64,000 nt of DNA from Amycolatopsis vancoresmycina (GTDB taxonomy: Bacteria > Actinomycetota > Actinomycetes > Mycobacteriales > Pseudonocardiaceae). The stretch covers positions 179,259 through 243,258 of the forward strand of contig NZ_JNYY01000016.1 in NCBI RefSeq assembly GCF_000716785.1, read 5' to 3'. Numbering within the stretch: the first letter of the stretch is position 1; the number at the start of each line of letters is the position of its first letter. The notes beneath the pieces were generated by a model that saw only the letters and a list, made by a program, of their open reading frames with translations, did no database searches and had not been told where the DNA came from. Positions 51,341-60,312 of this stretch are shown piece after piece. Made by a program: the position numbers and the translations under genes.

Positions 51341-51799
51341 ATGCCGATCGACCCGCACGCCCTGCTCGCCGTCGCCCGCGAAGAAGCCGAGCTCGGCAAG
51401 GCCGAAGGCGGCGTGCCGATCGGGGCCGCGCTGTTCGACACCGCGGGCACCCTGCTCGGCCGCGGGCACAACCGGCGCGTGCAGGACGGCGACCCGTCGA
51501 TGCACGCCGAGACCGCGGCCTTCCGCAACGCCGGCCGCCGCCCGCACTACCGCGACACGATCATGGTCACCACGCTCTCGCCGTGCTGGTACTGCTCCGG
51601 GCTCGTCCGTCAGTTCGGTATCGGGCGCGTGGTCGTCGGCGAAGCGGAGACGTTCCACGGCGGGCACGACTGGCTCGCCGGGCTGGGCGTGGAGATCACC
51701 TTGCTCGACGATCCCGGCTGCACCGCGCTGATGACGGAGTTCATCGCCGCGCGCCCGGACCTGTGGTTCGAGGACATCGGGGTGGAAAAGTCCGAATAG
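51341..51799 (+). CDS. Zinc-dependent nucleoside/nucleotide deaminase (cytidine/deoxycytidylate-deaminase fold)
   Basis: The ATG is at 51341 and it has the Zn-binding motifs HAE ... PCxxC (SMHAETAAF, LSPCWYCSGL). It is divergent from the WYL regulator. Confidence 0.75.
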   Translation: MPIDPHALLAVAREEAELGKAEGGVPIGAALFDTAGTLLGRGHNRRVQDGDPSMHAETAAFRNAGRRPHYRDTIMVTTLSPCWYCSGLVRQFGIGRVVVGEAETFHGGHDWLAGLGVEITLLDDPGCTALMTEFIAARPDLWFEDIGVEKSE

Positions 51800-51823
51800 G
51801 ACAGTGCTGGACGAGGAGCCGGT

Positions 51824-52786
51824 ATGCCGTCAACCGTTCCGCTCGTGGACCTGTCGCCGTGGTTCGCGGGCACGTCCGAGGGCCGCGCCGACGTCGCCGC
51901 CCGGATCGACCACGCCCTGCAGGAGTCCGGCTTCCTGCTGGTCACCGGGCACGGCGTGCCGGACGGCCTGCGCACGCGGACCCGTGAGCTGGCCCGGCAG
52001 TTCTTCGCGCTGCCGGAGGACGTCAAGCAGCGCTACGCGGTCACCGTCGGCGGCCGCGGCTGGCTGCCGCCCGGCGTCGAGGCCAACGGGTACGCGGAGG
52101 GCACCGAGACACCGCCGGACCTCAAGGAGTCCTACTCCGCGGGTGCGGACGCCAAGCTCGGCGTCGCCGAGATCGACGGGTTCTGGTTCCAGCCCAACGT
52201 GTGGCCGCACGAGGTGCCCGGCCTCGGCGAGGTGGCCACCGAGTACATGCGCCGGATGCGGGCGCTGTCGGACCACCTGCTGGAGATCTTCGCCGCGGCG
52301 CTCGGCCTCGCGGAGAGCCACTTCACCCGGCACACCGCGCACCCGACGTACACCTTCAACATCAACTGGTACCCGCCGATGACCCACGTCGGGCCGCCGG
52401 AGCCGGACCAGTTCCGGATCGGCCCGCACACCGACTTCGGCACGGTCACCGTGCTCGACCGCCAGGCCGGGCTGGGCGGGCTGCAGGTCTGCACGGCCGA
52501 CGGCGGGTGGGAGGACGCGCCGTTCCACCCGGACGCGTTCACGGTGAACATCGGCGACCTGATGGCCCGCTGGACCGGCGACCGCTGGCGGTCGACGCGC
52601 CACCGCGTCCTGCCGCCGCCGGCATCGGCCCCGGACGAGGACCTGGTGTCCCTGATCTTCTTCTACGAAACCGACCACGACGCCCGGATCACGTCGCTGG
52701 CGCCGCCGCTGGGCACCCGGACCTACCCCGAGGTGATCGCGTCGGAGTACCTGCGGGAGAAGCTCGACGCCATCACGATGAGCTGA
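51824..52786 (+). CDS. 2-oxoglutarate/Fe(II)-dependent oxygenase (isopenicillin-N-synthase-like)
   Basis: It has an N-terminal DIOX_N region, the HxD...H facial triad (GPHTDFGTVTVL ... RHRV) and the RxS motif (RWRSTRHRV). A GAGGAG lies upstream of the ATG. Confidence 0.8.
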   Translation: MPSTVPLVDLSPWFAGTSEGRADVAARIDHALQESGFLLVTGHGVPDGLRTRTRELARQFFALPEDVKQRYAVTVGGRGWLPPGVEANGYAEGTETPPDLKESYSAGADAKLGVAEIDGFWFQPNVWPHEVPGLGEVATEYMRRMRALSDHLLEIFAAALGLAESHFTRHTAHPTYTFNINWYPPMTHVGPPEPDQFRIGPHTDFGTVTVLDRQAGLGGLQVCTADGGWEDAPFHPDAFTVNIGDLMARWTGDRWRSTRHRVLPPPASAPDEDLVSLIFFYETDHDARITSLAPPLGTRTYPEVIASEYLREKLDAITMS

Positions 52787-54053
52787 CGTCCGGTTCGGCG
52801 CAGACCGTCCGGTTGCGGCCCGCCGCCTTCGCCCGCAGCAACGCCGTTTCCGCGGCCGGCAGCGCGTCCGCGAGGCCGCCGGCCGCGCAGCCCGCCACGC
52901 CGATCGACACCGTCACCCCGACGAACTGCGGGCCGTCGCCCGACGCCTTCAGCGCCACCAGCGTCGAGGCGATCCGCAGCCGGATCCGCTCGGCGATGGC
53001 CATCGCGTCGAAGGCGCCGGTGCCGGGCAGCAGCACCGCGAACTCCTCGCCGCCCGAGCGGCCCACGAGGTCGGCGGCCCGGACCTCGTCGCGCAGGGTG
53101 CCGGCGACCGCGCGCAGGACGGCGTCGCCGATGCGGGCGCCGTAGCGGTCGTTGAGCAGGCGGAAGTGGTCGAGGTCGAGCAGCAGCACGGCCGGGCCGG
53201 GACCGTGCCCGCCGAGCCGGTCCAGCCGGGCCTCGGCGGCGCCGCGCCACGACGCGGCGGTCAGCACGCCGGTGCCGGGATCGAGGGTGACGTGGTCGCG
53301 GCGCCCGGCCCCCAGCCCGCCGCGGTGCAGCACGACCGTGGCCCCGGCCAGCAGCGGCACCAGCAGCGGCGCGGCGCCGGCGGCCCAGGCGAGCGGGAGG
53401 CCGAACGCGGTCATCGCGGCGTCGAAGGCGTGCCCGGCGGCGGCGTCGCGGGGACGGCGGGGCCCGTCGGCGCCGGTCACGAGGGCGGCGTTCACCGCGA
53501 GGAACACCACCCCGGCGACGGTGAGCAGGCCGACGGTCCGGGCGTCGAGGGCCTCGCCGAGCGGCCGGACCCCGGTCGCGGTGAGGAAGGCACCGGCGGC
53601 GAGCCCGGCCAGCGCCGTCGCCGCGGCGCCGAACACCTGCCGGTACCCGGGTCTTCTGCGGACCCGGAACCACTGGTGCAGCGCGGAGAGCACGACCAGC
53701 GCGACGGCGAGGCCCGGCCGGAGCACGAGCACCCCGGCGAAGATCCACGGCGTGTCGACGCCGGGGCCGAGCAGGGTGTCCTCGCGGTGGCGTTCCACCG
53801 GCCGCGCGAGTTCGGCCGACACCAGCATCCCGCCCAGGAGCAGCGCGAACGGCCCCAGCATCGCGGGCAGTGGCGGGAAGCGGAGGGCGGCGAGCACGAC
53901 GGCGGCGACGGCGAGCGCGTCGACCCCGAGGAGGTAGCAGACCTGGCCGCGGCGCGGCAGCCGCCACAGCGCCCAGCGCTGCAGGACGAGGGCGGGCAGG
54001 AACCGGCCCGGGCGGCGTTCCCCGCCGGCGGCGACCGTGGAATCCCCCACCAT
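52773..54053 (-). CDS. Membrane-bound GGDEF diguanylate cyclase
   Basis: It has an N-terminal polytopic membrane domain and a GGDEF domain with LLLDLDHFRLLNDRYGARIGD and the active site RSGGEEFAVLL. The start is uncertain. Confidence 0.8.
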   Translation of the reverse strand: MVGDSTVAAGGERRPGRFLPALVLQRWALWRLPRRGQVCYLLGVDALAVAAVVLAALRFPPLPAMLGPFALLLGGMLVSAELARPVERHREDTLLGPGVDTPWIFAGVLVLRPGLAVALVVLSALHQWFRVRRRPGYRQVFGAAATALAGLAAGAFLTATGVRPLGEALDARTVGLLTVAGVVFLAVNAALVTGADGPRRPRDAAAGHAFDAAMTAFGLPLAWAAGAAPLLVPLLAGATVVLHRGGLGAGRRDHVTLDPGTGVLTAASWRGAAEARLDRLGGHGPGPAVLLLDLDHFRLLNDRYGARIGDAVLRAVAGTLRDEVRAADLVGRSGGEEFAVLLPGTGAFDAMAIAERIRLRIASTLVALKASGDGPQFVGVTVSIGVAGCAAGGLADALPAAETALLRAKAAGRNRTVCAEPDVSSS

Positions 54054-54148
54054 TTCGGCAAAGTAGCCGGAATGCGGGCCGGTGTCGATCCGCCTTCAGG
54101 GGAATTTCACATCGGTGGTCCGGACGACTCCGTGGGTCATTTTCCGAC

Positions 54149-54176
54149 CGACGGAGGGTTGACACGCAATATTGGT
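54149..54176 (+). promoter_or_regulatory. Candidate promoter -35 element (TTGACA at 54149-54154) overlapping a DasR-responsive element (dre)-like site ATTGGTCTAGTCCATT (54161-54176) upstream of the GH18 chitinase
   Basis: It matches the dre consensus ACTGGTCTAGACCACT at 13 of 16 positions. It lies 95-110 nt upstream of the chitinase ATG. Confidence 0.5.
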
Positions 54177-54270
54177 CTAGTCCATTGTGTGGTGGCACAC
54201 AGCACTCCTCCCGGGTTGATCCCGCCGCCTCAAACCGGAGGTGCTCCACCTGCGCGTTCGGAGGACCCCC

Positions 54271-55230
54271 ATGAAATCAGTGCGCCGTCTGCTCACCTTC
54301 GCGGCCGCGGCTTCGGCCGCAGTGGCGACGACGGTCGGGCTCGCCCCGCAGGCCATGGCCGCGGTCGACCCGGTGCTCGCCTCCCCGTACCTCTACCAGT
54401 GGGGCGGGCAGACCAGCCCGACCGCCGCGATGTCCGCGACCGGCGTGAAAGCGTTTACGCTCGCGTTCGTGCTGTCGGACGGCTCCTGCAACCCGAAGTG
54501 GGACGGCAGCCGTTCGCTGACCGGCTCGGACAAGACGATGATCCAGAACATCCGCAACGCGGGCGGGGACGTGATCCCCTCCTTCGGCGGCTGGTCCGGC
54601 ACGAAGCTGGGCTCGAAGTGCACGTCGGCGTCGGCGCTGGCCGGCGCGTACCAGAAGGTGATCGACGCCTACGGCCTCAAGGCGATCGACCTCGACATCG
54701 AGAACACCGACGAGTTCCAGAACAACACGGTCCAGGACCGCATCCTCAACGCGGTCAAGCTGACCAAGCAGAAGAACCCGAACCTGAAGGTCGTCATCAC
54801 CATCGGCACCACCACGACCGGCCCCGACTCGTGGGGCAAGCGCCTGATCAACCAGGCCAAGGCGATCGGGGCCCCGGTCGACGTCTGGTCGGTCATGCCG
54901 TTCGACTTCTCCAGCGGCGGCGACATGGCCGCGCACACGAAGTCCGCGGTCGACGGGCTGAAGAACCAGCTCAAGACCACGTTCGGCTGGAGCGACGACA
55001 CCGCCTACCGGCACAGCGGCCTCTCCTCGATGAACGGCAAGACCGACAACGCGGGCGAGACGGTCACCGTGGCGAACTTCAATTCCATCCGCAGCTACGC
55101 GGCGAGCCACCACCTGGCCCGCTTCACGTTCTGGGCCACCAACCGCGACTGCAGCGGCGGCGGCGAATGCAGCGGCATCACGCAGGACAAGTACGCGTTC
55201 ACCAAGGTCGTCGCCGGCTACACCGGCTGA
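54271..55230 (+). CDS. Secreted GH18 family chitinase (single catalytic domain)
   Basis: The ATG at 54271 is preceded by GGAGGA. It has a signal peptide (MKSVRRLLTFAAAASAAVATTVGLAPQAMA) and the GH18 DxxDxDxE motif (AIDLDIENTDE). Confidence 0.85.
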   Translation: MKSVRRLLTFAAAASAAVATTVGLAPQAMAAVDPVLASPYLYQWGGQTSPTAAMSATGVKAFTLAFVLSDGSCNPKWDGSRSLTGSDKTMIQNIRNAGGDVIPSFGGWSGTKLGSKCTSASALAGAYQKVIDAYGLKAIDLDIENTDEFQNNTVQDRILNAVKLTKQKNPNLKVVITIGTTTTGPDSWGKRLINQAKAIGAPVDVWSVMPFDFSSGGDMAAHTKSAVDGLKNQLKTTFGWSDDTAYRHSGLSSMNGKTDNAGETVTVANFNSIRSYAASHHLARFTFWATNRDCSGGGECSGITQDKYAFTKVVAGYTG

Positions 55231-55300
55231 CACGGGCCCGTAGTGGGGCAGTCGGAGGCCCTCTCACCGGCATCGGGGTCGGTGAGGGGGCCTTCGCGGG

Positions 55301-55792
55301 TCAGTGCCCCCAGCCGCCGCAGTAGTACGGGTTGCACGGGTAGGAGTTCCACGGCGGCGGGCTCCAGGTGGGTGGTCGCACGCTCGTCGTCGGGGACGGC
55401 GGCGGCAGCTCGACCGTCACGGTCGGCGTCGGGGTCGGCGTTTTGCGCGCGTGCATGACGACCGGGGACGGCGTGGTCGTTTCGGTCGGCACGGCCAGCA
55501 CGGTCGAGGACGAAGGCACGGCGCTGGCCGGCTGCAGCTGCGGGAACTGCGTGGACCCGGGCACCGGATCCGACCGCGTGGCCAGCACGAGCACCAGCCC
55601 GCCGAGCACGACGATCACCGCCGAAGCCAGCGCCATCCGCGCGGCCCCGCTCGGCCCGGGTTCGCCCCCGGTGTCCCGGCGCGCGGCCAGCTCGGCGGCC
55701 CGCGACCCGGGTTTGCGCGGCCGCGCCCCGGTCTGCCGGAGCAGTTCGTCGACCGTGACCCGGTCCCGCCGCCTGCGCGCACTGCGCGTCAT
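55301..55792 (-). CDS. Membrane-anchored Pro/Thr-rich hypothetical protein
   Basis: The ATG is at 55792 (MTRSARRRRDRVTVDELLRQTG). It has a TM helix (MALASAVIVVLGGLVLVLA), a PT-rich extracellular tail and a Cys-rich C-terminus (CNPYYCGGWGH). Confidence 0.45.
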   Translation of the reverse strand: MTRSARRRRDRVTVDELLRQTGARPRKPGSRAAELAARRDTGGEPGPSGAARMALASAVIVVLGGLVLVLATRSDPVPGSTQFPQLQPASAVPSSSTVLAVPTETTTPSPVVMHARKTPTPTPTVTVELPPPSPTTSVRPPTWSPPPWNSYPCNPYYCGGWGH

Positions 55793-56052
55793 GCACGACC
55801 TCCACCTGATACCCCCGCCGCCGCGCTCGCCCGCGGCGGCCTGATCCGGGTGGATAGTAGAAACCCTTGCAGGAAAAGTAAACGCGCTGATCGCCGCGGT
55901 CTCGTTACCGTTCCGAGACAACCGGATCGCCCTCCCGGCCGTAGCCGTCAACGAGCGGGCAACCCCCCTGCCGCCACTGCCGCGAATGACTCATTCGGGA
56001 CCTCGGACGTCCCGAATGAGTCATTCGCGACGTTCGAACCGGCGGTGCGACC

Positions 56053-57834
56053 TCAGCGAGGCACGAAGCGGCGCCGCAGGCCGGCCACCCGGCGGGTCAC
56101 CGGGGCGAACTCCGGCAACCTCAGCACCGCCAGCAGCCCGAACGGCACCGCCATCCCCAGCAACCCCTGCACCGGCAGCTTCACCCACGCGCCCGGGATC
56201 ACCCCGAGCGACGCCGGCACCGCGTACCCCGCCAGCACCGCCGCCACCACGCCGAGCCCGCTCACCGACAACGTGATCAGGCCGACCCGCAGGGACCGCT
56301 TGCTGCGCAGGTGGCCGAGCCGGACCCACAGCCACACCTGGCCGAGGACCGCGCCGACCACGAACCCCGCGCCGTTCACCAGCATCACGCCGTAGACGAT
56401 GTGCTCGCCGTCGAGCAGGCCGCGGCAGAGCAGCAGCAGGGGGATCTTCACCGCCGTCATCACCAGCATGATCAGCGTGGGCGTGCGGGCGTCCTTCATC
56501 GCGTAGAACACCCGCAGCTGCAGCATGACCAGCGCGAACGGCAGCAGCCCGACCGCGGAGACGGCCAGGGTCTGACCGAGCCGTTCGGCGTCGTCCAGGG
56601 TGCCGCGGCCCCAGGTGAAGATGGCGATGCCGATCGGGGTGCCGACCACGGCCAGCACCGCCGAAATGGGCACGAACAGCACCGTCGACATGCGGGAAGC
56701 GAGCGAGAGGTCGCCGACGAGGGACACCGTGTCGCCGTCCGCGGCGGCGCGGCTCATCCGCGGCATCAGCGCCGTCAGCAGCGAGACGCCGAGGATGCCG
56801 TACGGCAGCTGGAACAGCAGGGACGCGTAGCTGTAGGCCGTGACGCCGCCGCTGTTGCCGCCGGTCAGCACGCGGGTGGTGATGACGAACCCGACGTGGC
56901 TGACCACGACGTAGCCGAGGATCCAGGCGGCGAGCCCGCCGAACTCCTTGATCCGCGGGTCGAAGCCCCAGCGCCAGCGGAACCGGAACCCGGTGCGCAG
57001 CAACGCCGGGATCAGCACGAGCGCTTGCGCGACGATGCCGAGCGTGGTGCCGAGGCCGAGCACGAGCAGCTTCGGGTCGCTCATCCGGACCGGATCGAGG
57101 GTCAGCTCCCCCGGCACCAGCGCGAACACCACGAGCGTGCCGGTGACGACGACGTTGTTCAGCACCGGCGCCCAGGCCGGCGGGCCGAAGACGTTCTGCG
57201 CGTTGAGGATGGCCGAAAGCAGCGCGAACAGCCCGTAGAACAGGATCTGCGGCAGCAGCAGGTACGCCAGCGCGGTGGTCAGCCCGGGGTTCGCGGTCGG
57301 GGACGATTTGTCGACGTAGAGCGCGGTGAACAGCGGGGCGATCGCCACCGCGACGGCCGTGCCGGCGACGAGCAGCACCAGCGCCATCGTGATCAGCCGC
57401 TGCGTGTAGGCGCGGCCGCCGTCCGGGTCGTCGTGGGAACGGACCAGCAGCGGCACCACGACACTGGCCAGGACGCCGCCGAAGAGCAGCTCGAAGACGA
57501 TGTTCGGCAGCGTGTTCGCGACGGTGAAGGAGTCGTTGACGACCCCGGTCCCGACCACGGCGGCCAGCAGCAGTTTCGCGACGAACCCGGTCACCCGGCT
57601 GACGGCGGAGGCGACCGCCATCCGGCCACTGGAGCGGGCCAGCGACGAGCCGGCCCCTTCCCCGCGGCCGGCGCTGACCGGCGACGCGGGCGGCCGCGCG
57701 ACGATCTGGCCGGCGAACTCGTCGTAGGGCCGCCGCGAGACGTCGAGGTCACGGGTCGGCCAGTGCGGGCCCCGCAGCTCGCTCGGCAGGAAGACCGTCG
57801 CCTCGTCGTCCACCGGTGGTGGGTGCTCCGCCAT
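56053..57834 (-). CDS. murJ: Lipid II flippase MurJ (MviN)
   Basis: It encodes 593 aa with 14 predicted TM helices, the actinobacterial N-terminal extension and the C-terminal basic tail. The MviN-type segments VANTLPNIVFELLFGGVLASVVVPLL and RVFYAMKDARTP are present. Confidence 0.85.
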   Translation of the reverse strand: MAEHPPPVDDEATVFLPSELRGPHWPTRDLDVSRRPYDEFAGQIVARPPASPVSAGRGEGAGSSLARSSGRMAVASAVSRVTGFVAKLLLAAVVGTGVVNDSFTVANTLPNIVFELLFGGVLASVVVPLLVRSHDDPDGGRAYTQRLITMALVLLVAGTAVAVAIAPLFTALYVDKSSPTANPGLTTALAYLLLPQILFYGLFALLSAILNAQNVFGPPAWAPVLNNVVVTGTLVVFALVPGELTLDPVRMSDPKLLVLGLGTTLGIVAQALVLIPALLRTGFRFRWRWGFDPRIKEFGGLAAWILGYVVVSHVGFVITTRVLTGGNSGGVTAYSYASLLFQLPYGILGVSLLTALMPRMSRAAADGDTVSLVGDLSLASRMSTVLFVPISAVLAVVGTPIGIAIFTWGRGTLDDAERLGQTLAVSAVGLLPFALVMLQLRVFYAMKDARTPTLIMLVMTAVKIPLLLLCRGLLDGEHIVYGVMLVNGAGFVVGAVLGQVWLWVRLGHLRSKRSLRVGLITLSVSGLGVVAAVLAGYAVPASLGVIPGAWVKLPVQGLLGMAVPFGLLAVLRLPEFAPVTRRVAGLRRRFVPR

Positions 57835-57909
57835 GGGGACAAGACTGCCAGGTCAAGGGCACGCACGGGAGACCGAACACCTGTTCGACCCCGCGACGCT
57901 GCGTGACGC

Positions 57910-58191
57910 TCAGGCAGCGACGGTGATCGCCAGCGCGGCCCGGCCGGCCTCGGTCAGCTCGGCGGCCACGCGCCCGGTGCCGCCTTCGACGGCGGGCCGC
58001 AGGTAGCCGCCGTGGGCGAGGGCGTGCGCGGTCATCTGGTCGCAACAGGCGAATCCGTCGATGAAGAGGTCGGGCTCGCAGCTGCAGGACATCTGCGCAC
58101 GTCCCGCGGCCACCGCCTTCAGCATCGCCATCGCGCGGTGGGTGAGCTCGACTCCTGAACCGGACACCGGACTGCCTTTCTCGTTCGTCAC
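57910..58191 (-). CDS. Small Cys-containing hypothetical protein (93 aa)
   Basis: It is a clean ORF upstream of murJ with the motif CSCEPDLFIDGFACCDQ. I recognise no family. Confidence 0.35.
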   Translation of the reverse strand: MTNEKGSPVSGSGVELTHRAMAMLKAVAAGRAQMSCSCEPDLFIDGFACCDQMTAHALAHGGYLRPAVEGGTGRVAAELTEAGRAALAITVAA

Positions 58192-58392
58192 TACAACGGG
58201 TTATTCGCCCGTTGGGCCGATTGTGTTACTTGCGGCAGTATGACGTTTGGGGGGCGGGTCGGGTTCCGTCCGGTCTCGGTGTCGCTTGGCTTGTGGTCGG
58301 GTTCTAGGGCAAAAGATGTCCTCGCCGGACGGGCAGGCTCTGGGATGACCTTGGGTTTCGTCTTTGCGCTCGCCTTTTCGTGGGGGCCGCGG

Positions 58393-58528
58393 GAGGTCAT
58401 CCCGTCGCCTGATTGAGGCCTATCACTTTGAGCCAGGCCCGCAAGGTTGCGCTTCTGTCTCGCGGTCGTTGGTGGGTTGCGGGCCTGGCTCAAAGTGATT
58501 TTTCGGCCTCAGGCGACGGGATGACCTC
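58393..58528. repeat. Large imperfect inverted repeat/hairpin element of about 136 bp in the intergenic region downstream of the TetR gene
   Basis: Arm 1 (58393-58444) is GAGGTCATCCCGTCGCCTGAttgaggcctaTCACTTTGAGCCAGGCCCGCAA. Arm 2 (58470-58528) is its reverse complement, with 20+22 perfect matches around a 10-nt mismatch. The loop is about 25 nt. The motif GGGATGACCT also occurs at 58333-58342. Confidence 0.5.
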
Positions 58529-58549
58529 GCCGCTCCTTTGGCTGGTTGC

Positions 58550-59146
58550 TCAGCCGAGGCGGAGCTCCAGGGTTCGGGCCCACTCGCGGACGATTTGGCT
58601 TCGTCTGCGGGTGTCGTCGGTCAGGAGGTTGGCCAGGCCCAGGCCTCGGGCCAGGTCCAGGGTGGCCTGGACCAGTTCGCGCACGCCAGGGCGGGACTCG
58701 TCGACGCCCAGCAGCTCCACCGTCACTCGGTGGGCCTCGCGGCCGACTCGGGCCTCCAAGGGCACCAGTACGTCGCGGAGGGCCTCATCGGTCGCCGCCA
58801 CCGACCACAGTTGCAGGGCCGCTCGGAACAGCGGGCCGGTGTACAGGTTCAGCACCATCTCCACCACGCGCTCGATGCGGGACGCGCCGCTCGGCAGGTC
58901 GGCCGCCTGGGCGCGTAGCTCGTCGATCTGGGCCTCGCCCAGCAGGTCGACCGCCGCCACCACGAGGTCCTCGCGGGCCGGGAAGTGGTGCTGGGCCGCG
59001 CCGCGGGAGACGCCCGCCCGCTCGGCTATTCCGGCCACCGTCACGCCGTGCCAGCCGCGCTCGCCGAAACTGTCGAGCGCGGCTTCGACCAGGCGCCGCC
59101 GCGTGGTGCGGCTGCGTTCCTGCTGGGGTTCGCGGATTCCGGTCAC
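58550..59146 (-). CDS. TetR-family transcriptional regulator (liuR-like), translationally coupled to the upstream ACAD gene
   Basis: The GTG at 59146 overlaps the TAG stop of the ACAD gene (TAGTG). The HTH is RRRLVEAALDSFGERGWHGVTVAGIAERAGVSRGAAQHHFPAREDL. Confidence 0.8.
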   Translation of the reverse strand: MTGIREPQQERSRTTRRRLVEAALDSFGERGWHGVTVAGIAERAGVSRGAAQHHFPAREDLVVAAVDLLGEAQIDELRAQAADLPSGASRIERVVEMVLNLYTGPLFRAALQLWSVAATDEALRDVLVPLEARVGREAHRVTVELLGVDESRPGVRELVQATLDLARGLGLANLLTDDTRRRSQIVREWARTLELRLG

Positions 59147-60312
59147 TAGTACGACTTCGGGAGGCCGAGGCTGTGCTGGCCGACGAAGTTGAGCACCATT
59201 TCGCGGCTCACCGGGGCGATCCGGCCGAGCCGCACCGCCGTGACCAGGGTGCCCAGGCCGTATTCGGTGGCCAGGCCGTTGCCGCCGTGGGTCTGTACCG
59301 CCTGGTCGGTTGCCCGGATTGCTACCTCGGCTGCGGCGTACTTGGCCATGTTGGCCGACTCGCCCGCGCCGAAGTCGTCGCCGGAGTCGTAGAGGGACGC
59401 GGCCTTCTGCGTCATCAGCTTGGCCAGTTCCAGCTCGATCTTGATCTCCGCCAGGGGGTGCGCGAGACCCTGGTGGGCGCCGATCGGGGCGCCCCAGACC
59501 TGCCGCTGGTTGGCGTAGCCGACCGCCTTCGCCAGTGCGTACCGCGCGATGCCCAGGGAGAACGACGCGCCCATGATGCGTTCCGGGTTGAGGCCCGCGA
59601 ACAGCTGCGCGATGGCCGCGTCCTCCTCGCCGACCAGTGCCTCGGCCGGGAGCTTGACGTCGTCGAGGAACAGCGAGAACTGGTTCTCCGGCGCCACGAT
59701 GTCCATCGGGATCTTCGTGTACTCGAAGCCCTCGGTGCCGGTCGGCAGGATGAACAGCGCGGGCTTGAGCCGGCCGGTCTTCGCGTCCTCGGTGCGGCCC
59801 ACCACGAGGACCGCGTCGGCCTCGTCGACGCCGGAGATGTAGACCTTGCGTCCACTGAGGACCCAGCCGTCGCCGTCGCGCTTGGCGGTGGTGGTGATCT
59901 TGTGCGAGTTGGAGCCGGCGTCCGGCTCGGTGATCGCGAACACCATCCGCTTGGTGCCGTCGGCGATGCCGGGCAGCCACTGCTTCTTCTGCTCTTCGGT
60001 GCCGAAGCGGGAGATCACGGTGCCGCAGATGGCCGGCGAGACCACCATGAGCAGCAGCGGTGAACCCGCGGCGGCCAGTTCCTCGAGGACGGCCGCGAGG
60101 TCGGCGATGCCCGCGCCGCCACCGCCGTACTCCTCGGGGATGTTGACGCCGAGGTAGCCCAGGCGCCCGGCTTCGTCCCAGAGTTCGTGCGTCTTCTCGT
60201 CCGCGCGGGCCTTGCGGGCGTAGTACTCGTGCCCGTACTTGGCGCCGAGTTCGGCCACGGCCTTGCGAAGCGCGATCCGCTCCTCCGGCTCGATGAAGTT
60301 CATCGCGTTCAT
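59146..60312 (-). CDS. Acyl-CoA dehydrogenase (isovaleryl-CoA dehydrogenase-like)
   Basis: The ATG at 60312 is preceded by GGAGAAG (MNAMNFIEPEER). The ACAD fold has the catalytic-base region GGNGLATEYGLGTLVTAVRLGRIA. The upstream part of the track ORF is junk. Confidence 0.85.
   Translation of the reverse strand: MNAMNFIEPEERIALRKAVAELGAKYGHEYYARKARADEKTHELWDEAGRLGYLGVNIPEEYGGGGAGIADLAAVLEELAAAGSPLLLMVVSPAICGTVISRFGTEEQKKQWLPGIADGTKRMVFAITEPDAGSNSHKITTTAKRDGDGWVLSGRKVYISGVDEADAVLVVGRTEDAKTGRLKPALFILPTGTEGFEYTKIPMDIVAPENQFSLFLDDVKLPAEALVGEEDAAIAQLFAGLNPERIMGASFSLGIARYALAKAVGYANQRQVWGAPIGAHQGLAHPLAEIKIELELAKLMTQKAASLYDSGDDFGAGESANMAKYAAAEVAIRATDQAVQTHGGNGLATEYGLGTLVTAVRLGRIAPVSREMVLNFVGQHSLGLPKSY

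Noticed and set aside
53166-55325. 719-aa plus-strand ORF and 53152..53937 +
   Set aside because: They are antisense to the GGDEF gene and off-frame to the chitinase, with Arg/Gly/His-rich junk.
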